A stretch of 64,000 bases of DNA from Chitinophagales bacterium (GTDB lineage Bacteria; Bacteroidota; Bacteroidia; Chitinophagales; UBA10324). Numbering within the stretch: the first letter of the stretch is position 1; every line of letters begins with the position of its first letter. The notes beneath the pieces were generated by a model that was not told where the DNA came from, ran no database searches, and worked only from the letters and a program-made list of their open reading frames with translations. The DNA lies in contig JBGAWA010000005.1 in the NCBI GenBank assembly GCA_044227805.1, positions 6,818 through 70,817 on the forward strand, in the 5' to 3' direction. The position numbers and the translations under genes are program-made. Shown one piece after another: positions 17,889 through 28,181 of this stretch.

Positions 17889-18638
17889 ATGGGCCGCAAC
17901 TTAGATCAATATTTTCATACGTACCGGCAGCATGAATTTGAAAACGTACAGGCACATTACCGCCGGAAAAAAGTATTGGAGATCATTGCCGGACTTTCAC
18001 CCGATTCAATACTGGAAGTCGGTTCGGGTAATCATCCCCTTTTTACCGACATTGAAATGTTTGACCGTTTTGGCGTCGTGGAACCCGCTGATGGTTTTTT
18101 TCAGGAGGCAGTCCTCCTCAAGCAGCAACTGCCGGAAAAGACACAGGAAAAGATAACGCTGCATCACACTAATTTTGAAACTTACGCATATCACACAAAG
18201 GATACCTTTGATCTTATTGTCATCAGCGGCTTGTTGCACGAGGTGGAACTGCCTGAAAAAATACTGGAAGCGGCAGCCCATATCTGTACAGCATCTACCA
18301 TCGTTCATGTCAATGTTCCTAATGCTTACTCGTTCCACCGGATGTTGGCCGTTTCCGCAGGACTGATTCCATCGGTGTTTACACCTTCTGTTTCGCAACA
18401 GCAATTGCAGCAACATCATACTTTTGACATGGATGCGCTGTCGGCACTCGTCATTAAAAGCGGTTTTACCATTGTCGATCAGGGCTCTTATTTCCTAAAA
18501 CCTTTTACACACAGCCAGCTGCAACAAATGCTGATGAATAACATCATTGATAAAAAGATACTGGACGGCCTGTTTGCTTTAGCCGATCAGTTTCCACTGA
18601 ATGGATCAGAAATATTCGTTAACATAAAACTCTCATAG
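17889..18638 (+). CDS. Class I SAM-dependent methyltransferase
   Basis: Motif I ILEVGSGNHP and post-I/II region DLIVISGLLHEV. 249 aa. Confidence 0.75.
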   Translation: MGRNLDQYFHTYRQHEFENVQAHYRRKKVLEIIAGLSPDSILEVGSGNHPLFTDIEMFDRFGVVEPADGFFQEAVLLKQQLPEKTQEKITLHHTNFETYAYHTKDTFDLIVISGLLHEVELPEKILEAAAHICTASTIVHVNVPNAYSFHRMLAVSAGLIPSVFTPSVSQQQLQQHHTFDMDALSALVIKSGFTIVDQGSYFLKPFTHSQLQQMLMNNIIDKKILDGLFALADQFPLNGSEIFVNIKLS

Positions 18639-18690
18639 CAGCTGCAATGGTGCGATAGCGCCACACAATTGTCTCATTCTATAACTTCTG

Positions 18691-19797
18691 ATGCGTGTAC
18701 CTTTCCAAAATCTGACATTATCGTTACGCCCGATGGCCGGAGAGATTAACGCCGCCATGCAGACAACAATTGAAAGCGGCTGGTATATCCTTGGAAAACA
18801 GGTCAGCCGTTTTGAGCAGGAGTATGCTTCCTTTACCGGCGCTGGCTATTGCGTTGGAGTCAGTAATGGCCTTGATGCCCTTCATCTGTGTTTGCTGGCG
18901 CTGGAAATCGGTGATGGTGATGAGGTAATTGTACCGTCCAATACTTATATCGCTACACTGCTGGCAGTATCTCAGGCTCATGCGAGGCCTGTGCTGGTTG
19001 AGCCGGAACTCGACACCTATAATATAGATCCACTCAAAATCGAAGAAAAAATAACACCGCGCACGCGGGCTATTATGCCGGTGCACCTCTATGGCCGTTC
19101 CTGCGATATGGATGCAATTGTTGCCCTGGCAAGGAAGCACCGTTTGTACATCATCGAAGACAATGCACAGGCACATGGAGCCCGACACCATGGCCGGATG
19201 ACCGGTTCTTTTGGTGATGTGAACGCGACAAGTTTCTATCCTACAAAAAATCTCGGCGCTCTGGGTGATGCCGGCGCCGTTACCACTCCATCTGAAGAGC
19301 TGGCTAACCGCATCCGGCTGCTGCGTAATTATGGGTCTGAAAAAAAATACATTAACACGGTTATCGGCTACAATAACCGGATGGATGAGCTGCAGGCCGC
19401 TATGCTGCTGGTGCGATTACGGCACTTGGAGCAAGACAACACCGAAAGAAACAGTATCGCGGCCTCGTATTTTGATCAGCTAAAAAATGTGCCTGCCATC
19501 ATCCTGCCGGCAGACAGTGCTGAAGGCGCCAACGTCTTTCATCTTTTTGTGATCCGAACGGAAAAGAGGGACGCTTTGCAAAAATACCTGCTGGAAAAAA
19601 ATATTGAAACTATTGTACATTATCCGGTTCCGCCACACCTCCAAAAAGCATATGCTCACCTTGGCTACAAAAAAGGTGACTTCCCCATGAGCGAAAAAAT
19701 CGCCGGCACCTGCCTCAGCCTTCCGCTTTATCCGGGCCTCGGCGAGGAGGCAATAGCTTATATTTGTGAAAGTATTCACCAGTTTTTTGATGCCTGA
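18691..19797 (+). CDS. DegT/DnrJ/EryC1/StrS family sugar aminotransferase (FdtB/QdtB-like)
   Basis: 368 aa. GVSNGLDALHL and FYPTKNLGALGDAGA (PLP lysine region) are typical of this family. Lies in a module with the FdtA-like isomerase. Confidence 0.85.
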   Translation: MRVPFQNLTLSLRPMAGEINAAMQTTIESGWYILGKQVSRFEQEYASFTGAGYCVGVSNGLDALHLCLLALEIGDGDEVIVPSNTYIATLLAVSQAHARPVLVEPELDTYNIDPLKIEEKITPRTRAIMPVHLYGRSCDMDAIVALARKHRLYIIEDNAQAHGARHHGRMTGSFGDVNATSFYPTKNLGALGDAGAVTTPSEELANRIRLLRNYGSEKKYINTVIGYNNRMDELQAAMLLVRLRHLEQDNTERNSIAASYFDQLKNVPAIILPADSAEGANVFHLFVIRTEKRDALQKYLLEKNIETIVHYPVPPHLQKAYAHLGYKKGDFPMSEKIAGTCLSLPLYPGLGEEAIAYICESIHQFFDA

Positions 19798-20800
19798 TCA
19801 ATTGCCCGTTGTAACTGTCTGCACGCTGATCTATAATTCGGGGCACTGGGTTATTGAAGCATTAAAATCCGTTCAGGCACAGTCATACGAAAAAACATCC
19901 ATTCAAAATATCGTCATCGATGATGGATCGGCTGACAATTCCGCCGACCTGGTATCGGAATGGATCCGGCTAAATAATTTTCAATGCCTCTTTATCAGGC
20001 ATGGGGTTAATCAGGGCATTTGCAAAAGCCTGAATGAAGCACTGCGTCATACGACCGGCAAATATTTTACCTCACTGGGCGACGACCTCTGGAAAGCGAA
20101 CCGGCTTGCCACGATGGTGTCGGTATTTGAAAAACTACCAGACGACTTTGCGTTAATTCATACACCGGTTGATTTCTGTGATGAAAGCGGCAACGTAACC
20201 CGGTACAACTATCAGCGAAAGAACCGTGTAAGGGAAGGAACTGTATTTACCGAAATAGTGGCGAATGGCAGCATGGTTATACCACCATCCGCCATTTATA
20301 AAACAGCCTGCATCCGGAAAGCAGGTGGTTATAATGAAGAAATGGTGTTTGAAGATCTTGATATGATGCTAAAGCTTTCCTTTCTGTATAAGTTTAAATG
20401 GTTACCCGAAGCGCTGACCGTTTACCGGATACAAAACAAAAACAGCAGCAGTAATACTGATTTTTTTATCAAGGAAGGTGCGTTCACCTTACCGCTCTAT
20501 TATATCCAGAGCACTTCCCCATTTATCGGCAGAGAAAAAAAAATCGACAGGATCATCCTAAAAAACCAGGCCGCGGCGAAACGGGCGTATCATTTATCGA
20601 AAGACAAGAAAGATATCGGGCCTGTCAACATTTTTTATTATGCGGTATTTGACTCTTATGTACTTGATTTCTTGCGGGAAGAAAGGCTCCTGATGCGGTA
20701 CTTGTTGCAGCTGACAAAACTATTCCTGTTCAGGAAGAGAGCAGGTTATTCCATCAGAGACATTGCTTACCTGTTCAGGATATATTTCAATACAGGATGA
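19790..20800 (+). CDS. Glycosyltransferase family 2
   Basis: VTVCTLIYNSGHWVIEALKSVQAQ...IVIDDGSADNS is a GT-A/GT2 N-terminus. The ATG at 19790 overlaps the upstream stop (ATGCCTGA). Confidence 0.8.
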   Translation: MPDQLPVVTVCTLIYNSGHWVIEALKSVQAQSYEKTSIQNIVIDDGSADNSADLVSEWIRLNNFQCLFIRHGVNQGICKSLNEALRHTTGKYFTSLGDDLWKANRLATMVSVFEKLPDDFALIHTPVDFCDESGNVTRYNYQRKNRVREGTVFTEIVANGSMVIPPSAIYKTACIRKAGGYNEEMVFEDLDMMLKLSFLYKFKWLPEALTVYRIQNKNSSSNTDFFIKEGAFTLPLYYIQSTSPFIGREKKIDRIILKNQAAAKRAYHLSKDKKDIGPVNIFYYAVFDSYVLDFLREERLLMRYLLQLTKLFLFRKRAGYSIRDIAYLFRIYFNTG

Positions 20801-20827
20801 TGGTTGATGGTTATCGTTGCCAGCCCG

Positions 20828-20978
20828 TGATTGATTTGCAGTTCAAAAACAGCAGCAGGTTAACTACTACGTTGTGCTGCTTTGTGTTTGTAAAACATTT
20901 TCATTTATGAAAAAAATGAACGAACCCGTAGCTGCGCTACGTCGAACCCGCATTACTCTATTGAAAAATCAGGGCTAA
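20828..20978 (+). repeat. Diverged colinear copy of the three-hairpin element
   Basis: GATTTGCAGTTCAAAAACAGCAGCAGGTTAAC ... TTTGTAAAACATTTTCATTT ... TTGAAAAATCAGGGCTAA follows the consensus order. Lies between convergent genes. Confidence 0.6.
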
Positions 20979-20995
20979 TAAAAATTTACAGGGCA

Positions 20996-22123
20996 TTAGT
21001 GCTTGCCGATGAAGGCAGTACGCTGTGAGTCAGTATAAAAGACATCGGCATCAGGCCACCAGGCAGGATCTTCCAGTCCTGAAATATAATCCAGGGTGTA
21101 CTTATCCGCTTCATTTTTCAGCACTCGTAAAAATGGCTTGTTATCGCGATACAGCACGATATACGGTGACTGGAAAACTATACCCGTGTTGGTTATTTCA
21201 TCTTCATAAGCCTTGTTTACCCGCTCGCACATGACCGCTATCAGCCGTGCCATACGAAACTCAATCACCTCATCATTGGCTGACTGAAAGACATGTCGTA
21301 TCCATTTGCTTTCAAACGTCGCAAAATCCATGGGCTGTCGCTGCTTATTAGCATACTCACGGTAGTCGAGGTAACAAGTGCGGTAGAAAATTCTCCTGTT
21401 TGATTTGCAAAAATTTGCATGCAGCAGCCCAACTGCTTTCTTCCGTTGCAACCGGTAGTAGATCGGAATGCGCGCATGTTCAATCCGTCCAAAAAATTCT
21501 TCATAGCGGATATCACTTTCAAATGACCGCAGGTAGTATTCACCCGGCCGGATGAAGCGTACATATTTGTTACCATGCTGCTCATCACCAAAAAGCTCGA
21601 TCAGTTGCAGCGAAACAGCTCCCGGCCTGCCGCTTTTTAAAATACCTTTTCCAAGCTGCTTAAATGCCGGCAGCAAAATAAAATCACCATCACCACGGAA
21701 AAACCATGTTCGCGTTACATAGTCGAGACAAAGCTGGCGGCACTCGCTGAGATTCAGATCAGGTCGTTGAAGCACGGTGATATCCATGTTACCGCCATGC
21801 TGTTCCTTAAATCGAAGCATCTTATCAAACGTATCATCTGACGAGCCGTTGTCAACGGCTACGAGCTGATCTGCAAAACCAATAACGCTTTGCAGGCATG
21901 CATCAATTGTAAAGGCCTCATCCCTTGCCACGAGACAAAATGCGATACCGTCCTTCAGGGTAAGCCCGTTCTTTGATCTTTGTTTTGCTTTGTGTTGGAA
22001 TTTATAGTAAAGGCAGAAGCTGAGCCATGATATAACAGGCCGGAGCAAAACATACCGTATAAATGAAACGGTTATGGCCACCCGTTTCAACCAGTCCTTA
22101 GTTTCAAACCTGACATGCAACAT
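20996..22123 (-). CDS. Glycosyltransferase family 2
   Basis: N-terminal TM region, then FCLVARDEAFTIDACLQSV...VAVDNGSSDDT, a GT2 motif. 375 aa. Confidence 0.75.
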   Translation of the reverse strand: MLHVRFETKDWLKRVAITVSFIRYVLLRPVISWLSFCLYYKFQHKAKQRSKNGLTLKDGIAFCLVARDEAFTIDACLQSVIGFADQLVAVDNGSSDDTFDKMLRFKEQHGGNMDITVLQRPDLNLSECRQLCLDYVTRTWFFRGDGDFILLPAFKQLGKGILKSGRPGAVSLQLIELFGDEQHGNKYVRFIRPGEYYLRSFESDIRYEEFFGRIEHARIPIYYRLQRKKAVGLLHANFCKSNRRIFYRTCYLDYREYANKQRQPMDFATFESKWIRHVFQSANDEVIEFRMARLIAVMCERVNKAYEDEITNTGIVFQSPYIVLYRDNKPFLRVLKNEADKYTLDYISGLEDPAWWPDADVFYTDSQRTAFIGKH

Positions 22124-22150
22124 GCTTCAAAGATTGGAATTACTGCTTAC

Positions 22151-22236
22151 AACCGCATTGAACCGGGTAAAACAGCAACGGGTTTAACGGCAACATGGTA
22201 TTGCTGCTTTTTGTAATGGAAAAAATCAGGGTTAAA
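22151..22236 (+). repeat. Truncated copy of the three-hairpin element (hairpin-1 end plus hairpin-3 end)
   Basis: AACAGCAACGGGTTTAAC followed by TTTTTGTAATGGAAAAAATCAGGGTTAAAC. Lies between divergent glycosyltransferase genes. Confidence 0.55.
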
Positions 22237-22293
22237 CATCGCAATAATAGCAGGCAATAAAAATCATTCTTGCAAATTGTGCAAATTTGTAAC

Positions 22294-23463
22294 ATGCAAA
22301 AAATCAGGGTGGCGCATGTTATTTACAACCTGCAGCGTGGCGGAGCGGAAAGACTTACCCTGGATATTTGCCATGAATTGAATAAAAGAGAAACCGTTGA
22401 ATCACTGCTGATAGTTTTTGATGATCAAAATGATTTTCCTGAAATAAGTGAGGGGCTTACTATTATTAAATGCAGCAGCAGTGTCTACCTGAAATTTCCA
22501 TGGAAAGTGATGAGCGACCTGGAAAACTGGAACCACCTGATGACGCAGTATGAGCCGGACATCATTCATTCTCATCTTTTCTATGCGGATTGGGTCAGCA
22601 GGGAAAACCTGTATAATGACAAAGCATACTTTTCGCACATTCATGGAATTACGACACAGTATGAACGGATGCCCTACCGGAAGTGGCTGAGCCGCGAGCA
22701 TGCCATCCGGCTGATCACCGGAACGCATATTCAGAAAAAATACAAAGCCTGCCATAATCAGTTTATTGCCAATTCACAGGCTACCCTGCAATACCTGTTC
22801 AGCACATTACAATGTCATCCCAACGATGTGCACCTGCTGCCGAATGCTGTCGACCGGTTAAGATTCAGCAGGAAAAAAAACGACTTTTCACAGCGACTGA
22901 TCAGACTGGTGAGTACCGGCACCTTAAATGAAAACAAGAACCATGCATTCCTCCTTTCAGTAGTTAAGCAATTATTGGCCAAAGGAAGACAGGTAAGACT
23001 TGATATCCTCGGTGACGGTCCTTTGTTTAGGCCGCTGGAGAAGCAAATAAGATCATACAACCTTGAAAATATCGTTCATCTGCATGGTATGACGCAGCAT
23101 GTCGAGTACTTTTTACAAAACGGAGATGTATATGTTCACGCTTCCGTCAAAGAATCATTCGGGCTTGCACTGGCGGAAGCGCTTTCGGTAGGACTGCCCG
23201 TCGTCAGTCTCGATGCCAAAGGCAACCGTGACATAGTGGAGGAAGGCAGCAATGGATTCCTGGTAAGCAGTCATGACCCGGAAATATTTGCCGATAAAAT
23301 TCTAGCCGTTGTAAAGGATGAAAACACATACATTGAGTTTTCAAACCGGGCGTTTGAAAGCGCCGGGAAATATGAAATCACACAATATGCCGATAACCTG
23401 GAAAGGTTATACAGGAAGGAGTTGAAGTTTAGAAGACAAGATCGTGAAGGGCACTTCAATTAA
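22294..23463 (+). CDS. Glycosyltransferase family 4 (GT-B)
   Basis: The ATG at 22294 gives MQKIRVAHVIYNLQRGGAE. The C-terminal SVKESFGLALAEALSVGLPVVSLDAKGNRDIVEEGSNGFL carries the E-x7-E motif. Confidence 0.85.
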   Translation: MQKIRVAHVIYNLQRGGAERLTLDICHELNKRETVESLLIVFDDQNDFPEISEGLTIIKCSSSVYLKFPWKVMSDLENWNHLMTQYEPDIIHSHLFYADWVSRENLYNDKAYFSHIHGITTQYERMPYRKWLSREHAIRLITGTHIQKKYKACHNQFIANSQATLQYLFSTLQCHPNDVHLLPNAVDRLRFSRKKNDFSQRLIRLVSTGTLNENKNHAFLLSVVKQLLAKGRQVRLDILGDGPLFRPLEKQIRSYNLENIVHLHGMTQHVEYFLQNGDVYVHASVKESFGLALAEALSVGLPVVSLDAKGNRDIVEEGSNGFLVSSHDPEIFADKILAVVKDENTYIEFSNRAFESAGKYEITQYADNLERLYRKELKFRRQDREGHFN

Positions 23464-23560
23464 TGAATGCGGCTGAGGAGCCGCCATCCATCACAAAAAA
23501 TAACAGCTCAGGATTAACCAACATCAACAAAAAAAACTGGAACAATCTGAAACATATCAA

Positions 23561-24478
23561 TTGCCTGTATGGCAAGTTCCGCTCTTTCATCAGCCCTTTT
23601 GGCTGGATGCAGTAGCGCCGGGTGCATGGCATGCTGTGGAGATAAAAGAAGATGGCAAACTGGTTGCCTCCTCGCCGTATGTATGGAAGAAGAGTTGGCT
23701 CGGCACAGAGCTTATTATGCCAAAACTCACACAGTTTCTCGGACCCAATCTTCTTCTCCCACAGGGTGACTACAGGGAAACGCTTGCTAAAGAAATGCAG
23801 CTGCTTGAAGAAATCCTCCGGCAGTTACCGGCCCATGACTCCTTTTTACAGCGGTGGCATTATAGGTTTCAGAACTGGCTCCCGTTTTATTGGCAAGGCT
23901 ACCATCAAACAACGAGATATACCTATGTGCTGCACGACCTTGCTCATCCTCACAAACTGTTTACACAGTTTAGCGATAAGGTGAAAAGAGAAATAAATAA
24001 ATCAGAAAAGCAATTTATTGTGAAACGGAGCAATGAGGTGCAGGCTTTCTATGAGCTGCTTGCTCAGAATTTTAGAAGCAAAGCGATGGATATCCCGTTT
24101 GACGCGGCATTGCTTCAAAGGATTTATGAAGCCTGCATAAAGCATCATGCCGGCGATATCTGGTTATCCAAAAATGCCGACGGAATTGTTGCCGGAGGAA
24201 TATTGGTGGCCTGGGATACTGAAACAGCCTATTACATTATTGGCGGAAAGAACAATGTTTTTGGTAATGCCGGTGTCATGAGTCATCTTTTCTGGAACTG
24301 CTTCAATGACATACATACGACCGTGAAGCGATTCGATTTCGAGGGATCAATGATCAAAGGAGTAGAAAATTATTTCCGTTCATTCGGCGCGGTGCAGCAG
24401 GGCTTTTTTGAAGTGTCAAAAATCAGCTCCGTGTTGCAATCGCTAAAATCCGGGTTGCGCCAACAGTTCAGGAGGTAA
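23561..24478 (+). CDS. FemAB/GNAT-like acyl- or aminoacyl-transferase
   Basis: 305 aa. AYYIIGGKN...RFDFEGSMIKGVENYFRSFGA resembles FemAB-like (Acetyltransf_6-type) proteins. TTG start in the ORF track, so the start is uncertain. Confidence 0.6.
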   Translation: MPVWQVPLFHQPFWLDAVAPGAWHAVEIKEDGKLVASSPYVWKKSWLGTELIMPKLTQFLGPNLLLPQGDYRETLAKEMQLLEEILRQLPAHDSFLQRWHYRFQNWLPFYWQGYHQTTRYTYVLHDLAHPHKLFTQFSDKVKREINKSEKQFIVKRSNEVQAFYELLAQNFRSKAMDIPFDAALLQRIYEACIKHHAGDIWLSKNADGIVAGGILVAWDTETAYYIIGGKNNVFGNAGVMSHLFWNCFNDIHTTVKRFDFEGSMIKGVENYFRSFGAVQQGFFEVSKISSVLQSLKSGLRQQFRR

Positions 24479-25745
24479 CCGGTAACATCAGCAGTTCTTG
24501 CACAAATTCAGGATAATTCACGCCAGCATTGTATTCTTGCTTCCAGGACGCATACGCATGCCTTCTGAATTCCATGATCTCCGCTTCGCTCCTCGCATGG
24601 AATTTTTCCAATGCAGTCGCCACTTCGCCGGGCGATGGATGGGGCGTCAATAAGATCCCGTTGAAGCCATCCTTGACAATTTCCGGAACGCCGCCCACTG
24701 CTGTTGCCATCACCGGAATGCCGGCCGACATACACTCCATCATACTCACCGGCACACCTTCCAGCGCACTCAGGTTGATCAGCAGGTCAAATACTGTTGA
24801 TGCATAGAGCTCCGCAAGCTGGCTGTGATTGAGATTTCCGGTAAACTGAAGATGAACAGCGGGGTTGGTGGCGATCAATGAAGCCACGATTTTTTCATAA
24901 CGACTTTGATCATGCATGGCTGTTCCCACATGCTTCCACTGTACTTCCAGTCCTGAAACAGCTGCCAGTGATTTCGCCAGCAGCTCAATCCTTTTGATGG
25001 AATAGTTATAGCCGATGCTCACGATCCGGATGCAGGCCGCCAGCTTTGAATAGGGAGCGCCTGGCATTTCAAAACAACCGAGCCTTGAAATCCGGCAGCG
25101 GTCAAAGTTCAAGGCAGGAAAACGCCGCCGGATATAGTTCAGTCCAAAAGAAGAGATAAAAAAAATTTGATTCAGCGTGTCGAATTTGATTTTTTGAAAC
25201 GGGATATAATTCATCGCATGCCGCTCATCATAAATTTCAAAAGCATGTGCACGTGAAAAAACCCGTATAGCCGGATACCTGTTCTTCAGTAAGGCAAGGG
25301 CAACAGCGGAAAGATCGTTCCAATAAGAATAAAGGTGAATGGTATAGCCTTTGGCTGCATATTGCTTTACCACAGGAGCCAGCTTTTTTTCCAGGTCTGT
25401 TGCGATCAGCAACGACCCAAACATGTTGCGCAACATGGCCATGGCAGGCCATCGATTAAAATTTGTTTTGACAAATTTCACTTCTTGCCGAAGCACTTTC
25501 CAGTCCAGCTGTATCAGAGCTTTCCATTTTGACGCCCATGATATCCTGAACGGGATAGCCATGATTTTTACATGCTGCGGCAATAACCGTGTTTGCTGTT
25601 TGACGGCCGAGCGCGGAACGACAATGATCTCCGCAGCCATTTCACTGAGCACCTTTAGCTCATCTTCAAAGTGATCATCGCCAATATCGAAAGGAAAAGA
25701 GTGTGTAATGCAGATAAGCACAGCAGGTGCAATGGCTTCAGGCAT
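24468..25745 (-). CDS. Glycosyltransferase family 4 (GT-B)
   Basis: LINLSALEGVPVSMMECMSAGIPVMATAVGGVPEIVKDGFNGILL carries the E-x7-E motif. 425 aa. Confidence 0.8.
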   Translation of the reverse strand: MPEAIAPAVLICITHSFPFDIGDDHFEDELKVLSEMAAEIIVVPRSAVKQQTRLLPQHVKIMAIPFRISWASKWKALIQLDWKVLRQEVKFVKTNFNRWPAMAMLRNMFGSLLIATDLEKKLAPVVKQYAAKGYTIHLYSYWNDLSAVALALLKNRYPAIRVFSRAHAFEIYDERHAMNYIPFQKIKFDTLNQIFFISSFGLNYIRRRFPALNFDRCRISRLGCFEMPGAPYSKLAACIRIVSIGYNYSIKRIELLAKSLAAVSGLEVQWKHVGTAMHDQSRYEKIVASLIATNPAVHLQFTGNLNHSQLAELYASTVFDLLINLSALEGVPVSMMECMSAGIPVMATAVGGVPEIVKDGFNGILLTPHPSPGEVATALEKFHARSEAEIMEFRRHAYASWKQEYNAGVNYPEFVQELLMLPVTS

Positions 25746-25868
25746 GGCAGGGTTGTGAGAAAAGCGATAACGGAACGATGGAAAAAGCGTGCGTAATTTT
25801 ACTCAAGTTTCAACTATCTTTCACGAAATTCTTGATGGGAGCATAGCAGCCGGTAATTGGTAAGCATC

Positions 25869-27191
25869 ATGGGCAAACAGAAAGTACTGATCCTCTCTTA
25901 TTTCTTTTTTCCCTGCAATCTTCCCGGAGCACATCGCACCTTTTCATGGGCCCGCCATCTTCATGACTTCGATTTATGGCCAGTTGTCGTCACACGCAAC
26001 TGGGACCGGCCATTAAAAAACAGGAATGACCTTTTCATGCCTACGGGAACTTCTGTAGTATATAAACAGGAAGACGGATATGAAGTGTATTACCTCCCGT
26101 TCAAAGGCGGTATCCGCGATATGGTACTCAACCGGTTTGGTGAAAACAGAATGGTATTGCTCAGAAAAACATTGACTTTCATTGAGCTGATAGCGCAGAA
26201 TTTTACGATTCGCCTGCTTGCCTACCGTAATTTTTACACGTTTGCGAAGGAGTTAATCAGAAAAGATCCTTCCATAAAAATTATTGTCACTTCCGCCATG
26301 CCATTTGGCTTGTTCAGTATTTGTCATAAGCTGAATAAGGCAACCGGCATTCCATGGATTGCTGATTACCGCGATGACTGGAATACGACATCCTGGACAT
26401 CCAACTATACTATTGCCAGCCACATCACGGGCAAAAAATCCATGGCAGACCGTATCCTGTCTTTCTTTGAAAGCAGGAGTGAGAAAAGGTGGCTATCGTC
26501 GGCGAGCATGGTGACTACTGTTTCGCGGTATTTCGTTGATAAAATTTCCAACTATGTATTACGGCCGGCCAGGGTCATTTACAATGGTCACGATGTGGAT
26601 CTGTCGAAACTGAAACCGGCCGTCCATAAAAAATTTACGATCACCTATATTGGAAATCTTTACTGGAAGCAGCCAATAGAAATATTTTTTGACGGCATAG
26701 CGAAAATGATGGAAGCGCTCCATATGAGTGACATAGAAATTATTTTCGCAGGCACCGCATATGATCTGCAGCAAGGTGACAGGATCAAGAAATGCGCGGA
26801 GAGCAGGCATGTTCCGGTTACTGTTACCGGCTGGCTGAGTGAGCAGGAGGTGCTGGATATTGTCAACGCATCGCACCTGTTGCTGAGCATCGGTTATCAT
26901 GGCGTGAAAGGGGTAATCCCCAGCAAAGTGTTTAACTACCTGGCTTTCCGGAAACCGGTCTTGCTTTGTCCTTCTGATTATGATGAACTGGAGGATACCT
27001 TGAACCGGTCGGGCCTCGGCATCGTAGCTAACGATGCTGAAAGTTGCGGCAGAAAGGTGGCGGAAGTATACAACAACTATGTTTCCGGCTCTTCCTCCGT
27101 TCAGCCGGATGAGGCTGTTATCGAAAGCTTTTCGCGCCACAGCCAGGCAAAAAAACTGGCATCCATTATTCATGCAATTACGGGTTCCTGA
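25869..27191 (+). CDS. Glycosyltransferase (GT-B, GT4-like)
   Basis: The ATG at 25869 gives MGKQKVLILSYFFFP. The C-terminal half has a GT-B Rossmann pattern (FTITYIGNLYW...KVFNYLAFRKPVLL). Confidence 0.65.
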   Translation: MGKQKVLILSYFFFPCNLPGAHRTFSWARHLHDFDLWPVVVTRNWDRPLKNRNDLFMPTGTSVVYKQEDGYEVYYLPFKGGIRDMVLNRFGENRMVLLRKTLTFIELIAQNFTIRLLAYRNFYTFAKELIRKDPSIKIIVTSAMPFGLFSICHKLNKATGIPWIADYRDDWNTTSWTSNYTIASHITGKKSMADRILSFFESRSEKRWLSSASMVTTVSRYFVDKISNYVLRPARVIYNGHDVDLSKLKPAVHKKFTITYIGNLYWKQPIEIFFDGIAKMMEALHMSDIEIIFAGTAYDLQQGDRIKKCAESRHVPVTVTGWLSEQEVLDIVNASHLLLSIGYHGVKGVIPSKVFNYLAFRKPVLLCPSDYDELEDTLNRSGLGIVANDAESCGRKVAEVYNNYVSGSSSVQPDEAVIESFSRHSQAKKLASIIHAITGS

Positions 27192-28181
27192 ATGGCAATG
27201 AAAAACATTCTTTCCCAGCTGTTAAGGAGTGGCGGAGTGGCGCATCTGCTACGGGTCAATAAAAAAGAAACCATTACGATCCTGTGCCTGCATCGCGTCA
27301 GCAATGAGTTGAATCATGTATGGGCACCGATGAAGGTGGACCTCTTCCGCAACCTCATGCTATATTGTAAAAAGCATTATGCGGTGATACTGCCTTCACA
27401 ATGGAAGGAAAGAACATCTTCCCCCAAACTGATGATAACATTTGACGATGGCTTTCATGATTTCATGGAAAATGCAGTACCTATCCTCGCAGAAAATAAT
27501 TTATCGGCTGTTCACCATGTATTAATTTCATCCATGCTGGATAACCGTCCAAACTGGACTTACCGGCTTAACCTTGTTGTTGAAGACCATTTAAAAACCA
27601 GGCGGGAATTTTCGCTGTCGGAATTCATGATACCTTATACCATGACCGTAACGCAAAAAAATGCGCCGAAAGTTGCATTGGATGCGATGCTCCTCCTGAA
27701 GGATCTTCCGATACAACAAACGGAAAAAATAGTTACGCAGCTGGAACAGGCCTGTATCGGCGATCTCTACTACCCAAAAATGATGAGTGAAAGCGATGTC
27801 AGAAGTTGCGAAGCCGCCGGTATAGAGATCGGATCACATGGCTGGACACATGTTATTTTGCGCGCGGCGCTCGGCGCGGAAGTATTAACGCATGAAATCA
27901 GCGAATCAAAAACAACACTTGAAAAAATACTGGGACATGAGGTGCAATGCTTTGCATTTCCCGCCGGGCAGTATGATAGCGAAGTGCTTCATTATGCAAG
28001 GCTGGCCGGCTACAAATATGTATTTTCGGCAGGCGATGCTTTTTTTCATCCGGAAGGGATGAATGCGAAGCCTGTATTATTTCCCAGGATTACTCCTTCC
28101 GCAGGCGGCATCAACATGAATGTGCTGAAAATGGAAGGATTTAACCGGATATTGAAAAAAAGACCGGCGGAACATGGATAA
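27192..28181 (+). CDS. Polysaccharide deacetylase (NodB/CE4-like) family protein
   Basis: The MITFDDGFHDF motif and IGSHGWTHV are typical CE4 motifs. The ATG directly follows the upstream TGA. Confidence 0.8.
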   Translation: MAMKNILSQLLRSGGVAHLLRVNKKETITILCLHRVSNELNHVWAPMKVDLFRNLMLYCKKHYAVILPSQWKERTSSPKLMITFDDGFHDFMENAVPILAENNLSAVHHVLISSMLDNRPNWTYRLNLVVEDHLKTRREFSLSEFMIPYTMTVTQKNAPKVALDAMLLLKDLPIQQTEKIVTQLEQACIGDLYYPKMMSESDVRSCEAAGIEIGSHGWTHVILRAALGAEVLTHEISESKTTLEKILGHEVQCFAFPAGQYDSEVLHYARLAGYKYVFSAGDAFFHPEGMNAKPVLFPRITPSAGGINMNVLKMEGFNRILKKRPAEHG

